DNA of 64,000 nt from Escherichia phage vB_EcoM_3HA14. The stretch is taken from the sequence record MN342151.1; one strand, written 5' to 3'. Under the pieces are notes generated by a model. It was given only the letters and a program-made list of their open reading frames with translations, searched no databases and was not told where the DNA came from. The position numbers were made by a program, and so were the translations under genes. This document shows, piece by piece, positions 28,266-37,205 of this stretch. Positions within the stretch are counted from its first letter, which is position 1, and each line of letters opens with the position of its first letter.

Positions 28266-28795
28266 GTGAAAAAAGGTTATTCAAAGAGTCCTACAGTAAT
28301 CTGAAGATGGGTTATCAAGGCTACTCAATACCTTGGTATGAAGATAAGAAAAAACAGTATTCAAACCCTTTTATATATCAACCTGTAAAACTCTCTGTAC
28401 TGGAGTTTTGGCATGAAACTGGAGCTACGCCATACCAATTTGACAACATGGAATATGCGCGTATTTGTAAAAGTCTTGGTGCAAGACAAGTTGATAATAT
28501 CATTGAACATTTGAAGGATTTGTATAAAGATTTTGCTGGATACTTATACGAGAAACAGTTTGGGGAGTGCTTAAAATACCCAGATGGGTCACTTGTTCTG
28601 CTCTCATACATGTCTAATGGTAACATAAAAATTGCATACAAAGACCTGTGTGATAACTACTATGATTTTTATACTAGATTGAGACTACCATACCCAGATA
28701 GCTCCTTTTCCTTATCTAGCAATGCAATGACGCACTCTGGGAATATTGTTTCTGTTGAAAAATTAAAAAAGACGTGGGAGAAGAAAAATAAATGA
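28262..28795 (+). CDS. hypothetical protein
   Basis: about 177 aa; ATG at 28262 preceded by AAGG. Confidence 0.45.
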   Translation: MSEKRLFKESYSNLKMGYQGYSIPWYEDKKKQYSNPFIYQPVKLSVLEFWHETGATPYQFDNMEYARICKSLGARQVDNIIEHLKDLYKDFAGYLYEKQFGECLKYPDGSLVLLSYMSNGNIKIAYKDLCDNYYDFYTRLRLPYPDSSFSLSSNAMTHSGNIVSVEKLKKTWEKKNK

Positions 28796-29892
28796 CAATT
28801 CTGTACAAACAAAATAAAGATGGTTCTTTCAACGTCTGGTCATGTGTTGCTGTAGGTGATAAAGTCGTCACAACTTATGGTAAAGAAAATGGCAAGATGA
28901 TGTTTGAAGAGTACACAGCAGAGCCAAAGAACATCGGTAAGAAGAATGAGCGTAATGCTGAACAGCAAGCTCTTTTTGAAGTTGCTGCTAAGTACAAGAA
29001 GCAGGTTGACCGTAAAGGGTATGCTTACACAAAATCTGAAGCAGAGAATGTTGAAAAGGTTGGTGTACAGCTTGCTCAGGATGCTTCCAAGATAAGTCAC
29101 AAGAAGTATCTGGTATTTCCTGCCGATGCTCAACCTAAACTTGATGGGGTTCGTTGCAGGATTTCAAGAGATGCTGACTCAGAAAGTTTTACGGCATATT
29201 CTCGTGAGAACACGGTATACAACATTCCTGTAGAGTTGATTCCTGATGTTCTTCTTATGCTGAAACTGCACAAAGATGTTGAAGATTTCGATGGTGAGAT
29301 TTATGCTCATGGTTGGGACTTGGAAGATATTGTATCTATGATTAAGAATGCTGACAATCCAGACCGTCACCTTCTTAAATTCTACTGGTATGATATCTGT
29401 GACAAGACTAAATCTTGGCCTGAGCGTCGTGAAGTTATTGATAATTCACCAATCGTTGAACTCGGTGATGCTTGCAGGGTTGTACCTGTTCAGACAATCC
29501 GTGTTAACTCTTGGGAAGAATTTGATAATGCTCATGACAACTGGGTTAAACTCAAGTTTGAAGGGGCAATGTATCGGTCAATCTCACCAGATTCGTTCTA
29601 TGAGTGTGGTCATCGCTCTTACTTCCTGATTAAGCACAAGAAGATGCACACACAGGAATTTAAAGTAACGGGTGTAAAGACTGATAAACGTGGTCATGGT
29701 AAGTTCGTTGTAGAGACTCTTCCTAACGTCTTTGTAGATGTTTCATGGAAAACTACACACGAGAAGAAAAAGTATCTTGCTGAACATCCTGAAGAGTTTA
29801 TCGGGAAGCCTTTAACGGTTCAGTTCCAGAAGATGACTCGTAAGGGTTCTTTACAGTTCCCTGTTGGGCTAGTAATTCGAGACTATGAATAG
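28792..29892 (+). CDS. ATP-dependent DNA ligase
   Basis: 366 aa; adenylation motif I KLDGVRC (KxDG) at the expected position; size typical of T7-type ligases. Confidence 0.8.
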   Translation: MTILYKQNKDGSFNVWSCVAVGDKVVTTYGKENGKMMFEEYTAEPKNIGKKNERNAEQQALFEVAAKYKKQVDRKGYAYTKSEAENVEKVGVQLAQDASKISHKKYLVFPADAQPKLDGVRCRISRDADSESFTAYSRENTVYNIPVELIPDVLLMLKLHKDVEDFDGEIYAHGWDLEDIVSMIKNADNPDRHLLKFYWYDICDKTKSWPERREVIDNSPIVELGDACRVVPVQTIRVNSWEEFDNAHDNWVKLKFEGAMYRSISPDSFYECGHRSYFLIKHKKMHTQEFKVTGVKTDKRGHGKFVVETLPNVFVDVSWKTTHEKKKYLAEHPEEFIGKPLTVQFQKMTRKGSLQFPVGLVIRDYE

Positions 29893-29900
29893 AGGTTAGT

Positions 29901-30050
29901 ATGTTTAGCACAATTATCCTGTTTGTTTTTGTTGTTTTATCATTATCTTACTTCATAAGTAAACTTTTAAGCATAACATACAAAGCAGCCTTAGCCCTTA
30001 CTCTGTTGTCATTTGCAGTAAATGCAGCAGTTAGAATGTATTTAGTATAA
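29901..30050 (+). CDS. putative small hydrophobic peptide (not in ORF track)
   Basis: ATG at 29901 after GAGG; about 49 codons encoding MFSTIILFVFVVLSLSYFISKLL...; below the track length cut-off. Confidence 0.3.
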   Translation: MFSTIILFVFVVLSLSYFISKLLSITYKAALALTLLSFAVNAAVRMYLV

Positions 30051-30055
30051 AATTG

Positions 30056-30083
30056 TTGACATGAGTAACCTGACGGGTATACT
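30056..30083 (+). promoter_or_regulatory. sigma70-type promoter (TTGACA-N16-TATACT)
   Basis: consensus -35 TTGACA at 30056-30061 and -10 TATACT at 30078-30083, about 50 nt upstream of the 30134 start. Confidence 0.5.
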
Positions 30084-30084
30084 A

Positions 30085-30106
30085 CCTATATAGAAAATTA
30101 TATAGG
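30085..30106. promoter_or_regulatory. operator-like perfect palindrome CCTATATA-N6-TATATAGG
   Basis: 22-bp palindrome immediately downstream of the -10, nested in a 9-bp inverted repeat (30070-30078 / 30108-30116). Confidence 0.4.
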
Positions 30107-30133
30107 AACCCGTCAGAAACCTCGGAGGTGTTT

Positions 30134-30514
30134 ATGAAAAAGTTACTTGTTGGTGTCATTGCTATTGGTATGAGTTTTAGTGCAGCAGCTATGAAGATGC
30201 CTGAAGCAAACTTTAATGGTGTCGCTTTAGAATCTTGTAAGATTGTACAGAAAATCGCTTCAAATGCTGGAGAGTTGACTAAACCGTTGTCTGCTCAGAC
30301 TGTTCAAGAAATGACTGATAAGATGGTTGACTACAACTACCATTTTATGGGAGATTACTATGACAGATTAGCAGATGAGATGGTTACTCAGAACGTTGAC
30401 CTTCTTGATAGCAAAGGTATTGAGACTGTAGAAGATGTGAAAGACAATTTTATGCGTGAGTCTTTCAAAGGTGTTCAATACTTTATTGAAAATCGTCACT
30501 GCATGGGTTTATAA
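30134..30514 (+). CDS. hypothetical secreted protein (N-terminal signal peptide)
   Basis: ATG at 30134 with GGAGG RBS; MKKLLVGVIAIGMSFSAAA signal-like N-terminus. Confidence 0.5.
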   Translation: MKKLLVGVIAIGMSFSAAAMKMPEANFNGVALESCKIVQKIASNAGELTKPLSAQTVQEMTDKMVDYNYHFMGDYYDRLADEMVTQNVDLLDSKGIETVEDVKDNFMRESFKGVQYFIENRHCMGL

Positions 30515-30516
30515 TC

Positions 30517-30720
30517 ATGAAGAAGAACATCTGTAGAGCAGACTACGGTGAAGTAGTCGATGATGACGGAGTAGTTATTTACAGAGTTTGGGCAAGTGAT
30601 TATTCAACCGTTGTAGAGTCTTTAGATAACTACATCAATGGGACTCGTGAAAACGTCAGAGCAACTAATCTTGATTCGTTAATAGACACTTCTCGAAAAC
30701 GGAGAAAGAAAGATGAATGA
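30517..30720 (+). CDS. hypothetical protein
   Basis: 67 aa ORF. Confidence 0.4.
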   Translation: MKKNICRADYGEVVDDDGVVIYRVWASDYSTVVESLDNYINGTRENVRATNLDSLIDTSRKRRKKDE

Positions 30721-31012
30721 AGTCTTTGACCCATATGCACCTCAAGATTCTTGGGAGGCTGATAGAGAGGCTGAAATGGAGAATTATGTCTGTCCAATGG
30801 ATATAGAAGAGATGAAAGACTTTGTATCTTTCAGATTCTCTAAAGAGATTGAGAAGCTAAAACTTTCTCAGGCTCAAGTAGCAACTGTTTGTGAAATCTC
30901 ACAGAGTCGTGTATCAAATATCATTAACGACCCTCAAAAGATTTCTTTAGAGTACATGCTTAATGCTTGTACAAAACTTGGTGTAAATTTTAACTTAAGG
31001 CTGGCAGATTAA
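30713..31012 (+). CDS. putative HTH (XRE-like) DNA-binding protein
   Basis: LSQAQVATVCEISQSRVSNIIN resembles a helix-turn-helix segment. Confidence 0.4.
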   Translation: MNEVFDPYAPQDSWEADREAEMENYVCPMDIEEMKDFVSFRFSKEIEKLKLSQAQVATVCEISQSRVSNIINDPQKISLEYMLNACTKLGVNFNLRLAD

Positions 31013-31013
31013 T

Positions 31014-31373
31014 ATGAAACGTGAAAATGCAATCTTTAACGATAACTTTGCAATTGGCTTCTATGGTAAACCAACTCCAGCAGAGAAGCTTTATGGTAAT
31101 GCAATTCTGGAGACCTTGAAAGAGGTTTACACAACTGGTGGTATGAAGCATACTGAAGCAAACCGTGTAAGAGGTTATATGGCAATTGGCTCTGCAATCT
31201 CTAACATCAAACTTGAAACTACAAGTGCTAAAAAGGTACGAGACCACTTCATCAAAGAGTTGTCAGAGAACCTAGATGGTGTTGAAGTCAAGGCTGTCTG
31301 GTTAGATGTTGATGGTCACAACTATACAACTTTTGTGTTTAAAAATGAGGATATCAAATGTCTCTTCCCTTAA
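31014..31373 (+). CDS. hypothetical protein
   Basis: 119 aa ORF. Confidence 0.45.
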   Translation: MKRENAIFNDNFAIGFYGKPTPAEKLYGNAILETLKEVYTTGGMKHTEANRVRGYMAIGSAISNIKLETTSAKKVRDHFIKELSENLDGVEVKAVWLDVDGHNYTTFVFKNEDIKCLFP

Positions 31374-31861
31374 AACTCGATTTATACTTTGGGTACAGTG
31401 TATTGCAAGGCAGCATACTATCACTACCAAAGTCAGATTATCGTTGTGATTTAGGTTCTGTGAAACGTGCATCACACTTTAACAACAATATCTTAGGCTT
31501 GCAGACACTTCACAGGTGGCTTGAGGAAGATGGACGGTTAAATGAATATCTTCACCAACTAGAACTAGCCAAAGAAGAGGGGCATATGGGTTGGAATTTA
31601 CTACCCCATCTGTACAAACCTGCAAGTCCTATGGAGATACGCTATAACGAACAATCTGTTGATAGTTATAACAAATATAATATAACTATTGGCTCAAGAC
31701 CTTGGAAGGAGTATGGAAAGCTCCGTGAAATCATTATACAGACTATTGGAAAGCGTGTAGCAAAAGGTATTGCTTATGATGAAAAGGTTGACTGGAATAC
31801 ACAAAAGTGTATAAAATTCTTCAAGTACGATAATGACAAAGATACTTTTGTAGAGGTTTAA
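31358..31861 (+). CDS. hypothetical protein
   Basis: 167 aa ORF. Confidence 0.45.
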   Translation: MSLPLKLDLYFGYSVLQGSILSLPKSDYRCDLGSVKRASHFNNNILGLQTLHRWLEEDGRLNEYLHQLELAKEEGHMGWNLLPHLYKPASPMEIRYNEQSVDSYNKYNITIGSRPWKEYGKLREIIIQTIGKRVAKGIAYDEKVDWNTQKCIKFFKYDNDKDTFVEV

Positions 31862-31862
31862 C

Positions 31863-32378
31863 ATGAAAATTGGAATTACCCTTTGCCAGCCTGAAGCAGA
31901 GTTCTTGAAATCAATGTTGTCTGAGCATATGAAGTCCACAAATCACACTGAGAAGACATTCTTGATTGACACTAACTATGATGCAGGAACTATTGAGTTC
32001 ATTGATGAAGACACTGCTGATTCTCTGTGTGTTCTTCCTGCTCACTTATTTACTCCAGAGCTACGTGAAAGTCGTTCTATTGAAGTTAATCTGGAGCCAA
32101 GTATTGAACTGTACTCAGATACACAGTATCCAAGAAGCTTTAAAGCATTGCTAAACATCTTCGTAGCTGATATTGTAGAGATTGTTAAACAGACTGAAGG
32201 TGGTCATGTAGTAACTGCTGAGTATGAACAAGGCACTATCAAACTGACAGGTGACTTTGGTTCTATGAGTTTCTTAGACTTTGTTCCAAAACACTTTGAA
32301 GACTTTCTATCAAGTGAAGTTGATGACCTCGATTTCATACTAAAATTTGAACGCACTTTTAAGGTAAACAAAAAATGA
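31863..32378 (+). CDS. hypothetical protein
   Basis: 171 aa ORF. Confidence 0.45.
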   Translation: MKIGITLCQPEAEFLKSMLSEHMKSTNHTEKTFLIDTNYDAGTIEFIDEDTADSLCVLPAHLFTPELRESRSIEVNLEPSIELYSDTQYPRSFKALLNIFVADIVEIVKQTEGGHVVTAEYEQGTIKLTGDFGSMSFLDFVPKHFEDFLSSEVDDLDFILKFERTFKVNKK

Positions 32379-32647
32379 AAATCTTAAGCGGAGTATCACA
32401 GTGTTACATGAATGATGGTGAGCCAGTTAAATGCTGCCATTGTGGAGGTGAGAACTTCCAAGGTGAAGTTTCAGAGATTGTCTCTGGCAATATCGCTGAA
32501 GAGTACACCCGTTGCTGTGGATGTGGAAAGATTTTATCTTTTTGGGCTTATGGAAGTTATGAACCACAACCTCACCTTATTTACCATCCAAACAGGATTG
32601 TGAAGCGTGTTCTGAACTGGTTCATTATCAAAGGATTTACAAAATGA
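32375..32647 (+). CDS. hypothetical zinc-ribbon protein
   Basis: CCHCGG...CCGCGK paired Cys clusters. Confidence 0.4.
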   Translation: MKILSGVSQCYMNDGEPVKCCHCGGENFQGEVSEIVSGNIAEEYTRCCGCGKILSFWAYGSYEPQPHLIYHPNRIVKRVLNWFIIKGFTK

Positions 32648-33189
32648 TTAAGTTAATTTTTGCAAGTGGTATTAACGGGGAGTTTGGCACAGCTACTGGA
32701 ATGCCTTGGCCTCGTAATAAACAAGATATGGCAGAGTTTAAGAAGCAGACTGTTAACCAGTTAGTCTTGATGGGTAGCGAAACTTGGAAGACTCTTGGGA
32801 GCAAGCCTTTGCCAAACCGTGAGAATATTGTCTTGACAAACTCTCTTGACTTTTACGGTCTGGACTTTAAAGATGACTCTCATTGTAAAGCAAGAGTTAA
32901 GCCTGAAGCTTTTGGGGCTTTCCTGAAGTATATTGATAGCTCTATTGATGAAGATGTTTTAGTAATCGGTGGAGCCAATATCTTAATCTCAGCTTTGCCG
33001 TATGCTGACGTAGTTTTCCACAGTGTTATTAAGGAAGTTACTGAAGAGGCTACTGTCAAGCTACCTTATGAGGGTTTCTTCCAGTACTTGTATGACACAG
33101 AGTTATTTGCTAAAGTACAGTCCAAACCTTCAGAAGATAAGTCTGTTGTGTTTGATACCTATGTTCCACAAGTAAGAGGACGTTTCTAA
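32644..33189 (+). CDS. frd: dihydrofolate reductase
   Basis: 181 aa; GMPW, LVLMGSETW, PLPNRENIVLT motifs in DHFR order. Confidence 0.8.
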   Translation: MIKLIFASGINGEFGTATGMPWPRNKQDMAEFKKQTVNQLVLMGSETWKTLGSKPLPNRENIVLTNSLDFYGLDFKDDSHCKARVKPEAFGAFLKYIDSSIDEDVLVIGGANILISALPYADVVFHSVIKEVTEEATVKLPYEGFFQYLYDTELFAKVQSKPSEDKSVVFDTYVPQVRGRF

Positions 33190-33190
33190 T

Positions 33191-34090
33191 ATGTCACAAG
33201 CAGATGTAAGCTACAAAGCTATTTTAAACCATGTTTTATCAGTTGGTGAGTTGCGTAAAACCCGAACTGGCTCAGTGATTTCAACCTTTGCTCCACCTGA
33301 GTTCCGTTTTGATATGCGTAGTGGATTTCCATTAATCACCTCAAAACAAACATTCATGCGTCAAGTCCTCGGTGAAGCATTATGGTTTATGAACGGTGAA
33401 AACCAACTAGGCCATTTGCGTTACAGAACTTGGGGAGAGAACGACGGAGAGCGTTGGACTATCTGGACAGATGATTTTAAACGTTGGTTGAAAACAACCT
33501 ATGCTACAGAGAATGATTGGCTGGAGGATGCTGGAGGAAGAATCTATGGAGTCCAATGGAGAGCCTACGAAGGTCATGGTGGCGTTGTTGTAGACCAGTT
33601 GAGTAATCTTGTAGAGAAGATGAGAAAGTCTCCTACAGACCGTTACATGCTCGTTAACGCATGGAATGCAGCAGATATCTCAAGTAACTCTATGGCATTA
33701 GCACCTTGCCATGTACTTTTTCAGATTTATATCTCGAACACTAATGAGGTGGATTTGAAATGGTATCAGCGTTCTTGTGATACGTTCTTAGGGTTACCAT
33801 TTAACATTGCTTCCTATGCCTTTATCTTGGAAGTGTTGTGTAAACTGACGGGATATACACCGCGATATCTGGTAGGGACTTATGGTGATACTCAAATCTA
33901 TCAGAACCATATGTCACAGGTTTTTCAGCTTCTTGGCAATGAAGAGTTCCCAGCACCTAAGTTTGAAATTCATCAAGATTTGAAGTCTCTTGAAGACTTG
34001 AGACATATGACAGCAGATGACTTCCTAGGTGGGTTGAAAGGGTATAAACATGCTGGTAAGATTGAAGCACCTTTATCAGTAGGTAAGTAG
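33191..34090 (+). CDS. thyA: thymidylate synthase
   Basis: 299 aa; TRTG, active-site LAPCH, DLKWYQRS and FLGLPFNIASYA motifs. Confidence 0.85.
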   Translation: MSQADVSYKAILNHVLSVGELRKTRTGSVISTFAPPEFRFDMRSGFPLITSKQTFMRQVLGEALWFMNGENQLGHLRYRTWGENDGERWTIWTDDFKRWLKTTYATENDWLEDAGGRIYGVQWRAYEGHGGVVVDQLSNLVEKMRKSPTDRYMLVNAWNAADISSNSMALAPCHVLFQIYISNTNEVDLKWYQRSCDTFLGLPFNIASYAFILEVLCKLTGYTPRYLVGTYGDTQIYQNHMSQVFQLLGNEEFPAPKFEIHQDLKSLEDLRHMTADDFLGGLKGYKHAGKIEAPLSVGK

Positions 34091-34100
34091 AAACAAAAAA

Positions 34101-34120
34101 GGCTCCCGTAAAAAGGAGCC
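34101..34120. terminator. bidirectional terminator hairpin GGCTCC-CGTAAAAA-GGAGCC
   Basis: inverted repeat between convergent thyA (+) and 34127..34501 (-), flanked by A-run and T-rich sequence. Confidence 0.55.
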
Positions 34121-34126
34121 TTAGAA

Positions 34127-34501
34127 TTATTTCTTTTTAGTGCTTTGGGTATTTTGTTCTGTAATTGCTTGCAAAGCTGATACAGATTGTGCTAAGTTGT
34201 TAACACTGTCAGAGAACTTATCAAGGGTCTTAGTCAACTTAGCGTTTTCTCCCTTAACATTCTCTAGCTGAACTTTCTGGTTCTCCATCCCTAATTGTAG
34301 GAGCTTCATATCAGATTGTAAGTCACGAATAGCTGAATAGTTACCTTTTGAGTAACCATCCAACTGCTGTAACTTATTTGTGATAGACACTTCCTGTTTA
34401 CCATCAGAGACCTGCATTGTAGTGTACATACCAATTACACTGAAAATACCTACAACGATTGCACCAATATTATTCTTAAAAGCATCTTCAAGCCACTTCA
34501 T
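34127..34501 (-). CDS. membrane-anchored coiled-coil protein (possible i-spanin-like lysis protein)
   Basis: N-terminal TM helix (IGAIVVGIFSVIGMY) then heptad-like coiled coil; function inferred from topology only. Confidence 0.3.
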   Translation of the reverse strand: MKWLEDAFKNNIGAIVVGIFSVIGMYTTMQVSDGKQEVSITNKLQQLDGYSKGNYSAIRDLQSDMKLLQLGMENQKVQLENVKGENAKLTKTLDKFSDSVNNLAQSVSALQAITEQNTQSTKKK

Positions 34502-34695
34502 TATTTCTCACCTTTAAAAGCCTTTTCCAAGGTATCTACAAATTCATCATCAATAGGTGTATCTGTTTTGCTCGCAAGGTATCTTGCAAGCTTAAAGAAC
34601 ACTTTTTCAATCATGTATTCACTGAGAAGAGAAAAAAGAAGCTTCCAAAAGAATGCCCCAAGGTTTTTCATGAGGATTGCTAGAATGGTTGGCAT
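34501..34695 (-). CDS. small membrane protein (possible holin)
   Basis: 64 aa, hydrophobic N-terminus, charged C-terminus; start overlaps stop of downstream gene. Confidence 0.3.
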   Translation of the reverse strand: MPTILAILMKNLGAFFWKLLFSLLSEYMIEKVFFKLARYLASKTDTPIDDEFVDTLEKAFKGEK

Positions 34696-34781
34696 TTAAT
34701 CACCTTACTTCTTGAGCCAAGATGGTGAGAATACCTACTAAGAAATATTAACACCATCTTGACAGTTAGTCAACAAGGTAA

Positions 34782-37160
34782 TTATGCAGTTCTTACCCAA
34801 GCCATTAATTTAATGTAAGTGTTCTGAACACTGAATGCTGCACCAGAACCAGTTGCACCAGTGTTACCACTAAATGTGTGGTTGTGAGCACCAATACCTA
34901 CACCGTGACCGTGAGCACCTACCCAACTTGTTCTCCCTGTCCAAGTTCTTGATGCGTAGAAGTTGACAGGTGTACCATAAGTGAATTGTGAACCAGTATA
35001 ACCTCTAGAGGCTTGTGAACCTGAGATAGCGAATGCCCCACTTGCTGTATAGAAGCTGTTTGCATCACTTCTGAAGAAACCAAAGTCACCAGAGATTTCC
35101 ATGTTACCTCTGTCATGGTCGTGAGCACCTTGAGCGTCTGTGTACTTAGTACCATAATCAAATGTACTTGTTGTTCCAGAGAAGCTATGAGTGTGCGCAG
35201 GAATATGACCAACACTTAGAGCCACCGTATCAGAACCACCAAGACCTTTCACATCGGAACCATTTGCAGAACCAATCCTAATAGTTCTGTTTGCACCTTC
35301 TGTCAAGTAAGTCCAAGTAGTGCCTGGGAAAGCTGTATTTGGGTTGACATTAGAAGCAAAGAACGTCACAATACCAACTGGATACACTTTCTTAAGGTCT
35401 GTAGAATCAGTTACCGCAGAGGCAATACGTTGGTCTACTTCAGCCTTGGTGTAAGCACCAAGTTCAGAGGGTGTAGGTTTGTCTTGGTCTGTGTAGATTT
35501 TAGCCCAAACCTCTTCAAAACCAAATCCATCCCTTGCTGTTCTATAATAGATTCCAGTATTCTTGTAGTTAAATTTAAACTGTGCAGTCGGTGTAGATGT
35601 ACCAACTCCAAGGTGCATTTGGTAAACTAAGTGAGTAGACCCACCAGTTGAATTTGTAACACTGTACAAACCTGTTTTTGAATTCCAAGCAATACCTGTT
35701 GCATCACCTACTTCTGTTCCCGTTCCAGATACACCAGACAACATATATCTTGAGTTTGCAGCAGATTGTGTGTAGTATCTTGAGTCAAAGTTTGACCAAT
35801 CTGTAGGCTGAACCTGACCAGTTACTGATACGCTTCTGTTGAACATGAAAGTGTCAGCAATTTCTAACTGTACACCACCACTTGAATAGTTGTACAGGAA
35901 CAGAGAATTTGGCCTACTGCCTTCACCGTTACCAATATACCAACGTCTGTTGCCGTCTGCATTAGCGCCAACAATATACAGTGATGAATTAGCTGTCCCA
36001 CTTTGCAATGTGAAAGCCGCATCTGTAGTAACAATAGTTTGTGGGTTAGTAAAAACGTTTGCAGCATTAGTTCTTGCAAGCACGTTCGTTAAAGAGCTTG
36101 GAACATATCTTGTATCAAAGTTTGCGAAGTCACTTGGTTTTACCTGACCAGATACATTAATAGCTTTGTTAAATGAAAACTCTGTAGCAATTTTCAAGTT
36201 AACATTTGTCATCTGGTTTGCTAAAACAATCTCAGACTGCGTACCATCTGGTTGACCCACATACCAAGCACCTGTCCCAGCACTGTTGTAACCACGCATA
36301 AATAATGCAGCATTCTCTGAAGCCGCTCTTAAGTTAAGTGCATTACTATCTGCAATAACATAAGTCTTCCCGTTGAAGTTGTTAACCCCAACAAAGTTAT
36401 TACTTGCATTAAGTCTTGCAAATCTCTGGTCAGCAGCAGTCTGTGTAAAGAATCTTGCATCAAGGTTGTTCCAGTTATTAGGCTGAACCTGACCATTGAT
36501 TTCAAAGTTCTTGTCAACACTAACAGAGTTTGTACCAAGAGTCAACGTAGCACCTTTGCTGTTAACTAATGTAACATCAGTCCCAGAAGTCAAGTTACCA
36601 ACTGTGAATCTCAAAGCATTATTTGAGTCTCTTGCTTCAATATATGCTCCACCATCTGGTAAGATACTTTTAAGTGTCAAACCAACACCGTTGATATTAA
36701 TGATTTGTCTTGCCAAGAAAGTATTTTCAGTTTCCTTCATAGCATATCTTGCATCATTTTCAGTGTTAGTTCTCATACCTAATTCATTAGGAGATGGTTT
36801 ATTAAGTGTGTGATAAACTGTTGCAGACCTTGTGGCATCATTTACAGTTAATCTTAAAGCACTTGCATTAATTCTAAAGGTCTTGGCAGTGTCACCGAGA
36901 ATAACTTCAGAAGAACCTGTTGGGTCTAATAAGTCTTTTCCACCGTATCTTAATTTAACGATGCCAAGATTTCCTGTCATATCCCCACCAGTTAGTTGTA
37001 AGAATCTTTCTAGTTTGAAAGAGGCAAGGAAATTTGCATAGGTCATTTTACGGTCTTCATCACCTAGCATATCAGACCTTTTGATAATTCTTAGGTGAAG
37101 TAAATCTTCTGAGCGAACTGTATCAATACTGTTTAGCTCACTTAGCTTATATTCAGCCAT
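34782..37160 (-). CDS. tail fiber protein with His-rich (HxH) C-terminal tip
   Basis: 792 aa, Gly/Ser/Thr/Asn-rich; C-terminal HTHSFSG...GAHGHGVGIGAHNHTFSG...WVRTA shared with the next ORF. Confidence 0.65.
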   Translation of the reverse strand: MAEYKLSELNSIDTVRSEDLLHLRIIKRSDMLGDEDRKMTYANFLASFKLERFLQLTGGDMTGNLGIVKLRYGGKDLLDPTGSSEVILGDTAKTFRINASALRLTVNDATRSATVYHTLNKPSPNELGMRTNTENDARYAMKETENTFLARQIININGVGLTLKSILPDGGAYIEARDSNNALRFTVGNLTSGTDVTLVNSKGATLTLGTNSVSVDKNFEINGQVQPNNWNNLDARFFTQTAADQRFARLNASNNFVGVNNFNGKTYVIADSNALNLRAASENAALFMRGYNSAGTGAWYVGQPDGTQSEIVLANQMTNVNLKIATEFSFNKAINVSGQVKPSDFANFDTRYVPSSLTNVLARTNAANVFTNPQTIVTTDAAFTLQSGTANSSLYIVGANADGNRRWYIGNGEGSRPNSLFLYNYSSGGVQLEIADTFMFNRSVSVTGQVQPTDWSNFDSRYYTQSAANSRYMLSGVSGTGTEVGDATGIAWNSKTGLYSVTNSTGGSTHLVYQMHLGVGTSTPTAQFKFNYKNTGIYYRTARDGFGFEEVWAKIYTDQDKPTPSELGAYTKAEVDQRIASAVTDSTDLKKVYPVGIVTFFASNVNPNTAFPGTTWTYLTEGANRTIRIGSANGSDVKGLGGSDTVALSVGHIPAHTHSFSGTTSTFDYGTKYTDAQGAHDHDRGNMEISGDFGFFRSDANSFYTASGAFAISGSQASRGYTGSQFTYGTPVNFYASRTWTGRTSWVGAHGHGVGIGAHNHTFSGNTGATGSGAAFSVQNTYIKLMAWVRTA

Positions 37161-37205
37161 TTATAAATCCTCTTTCTAGGGGCTGTGTAGCCCCTTATAA
37201 AATAA

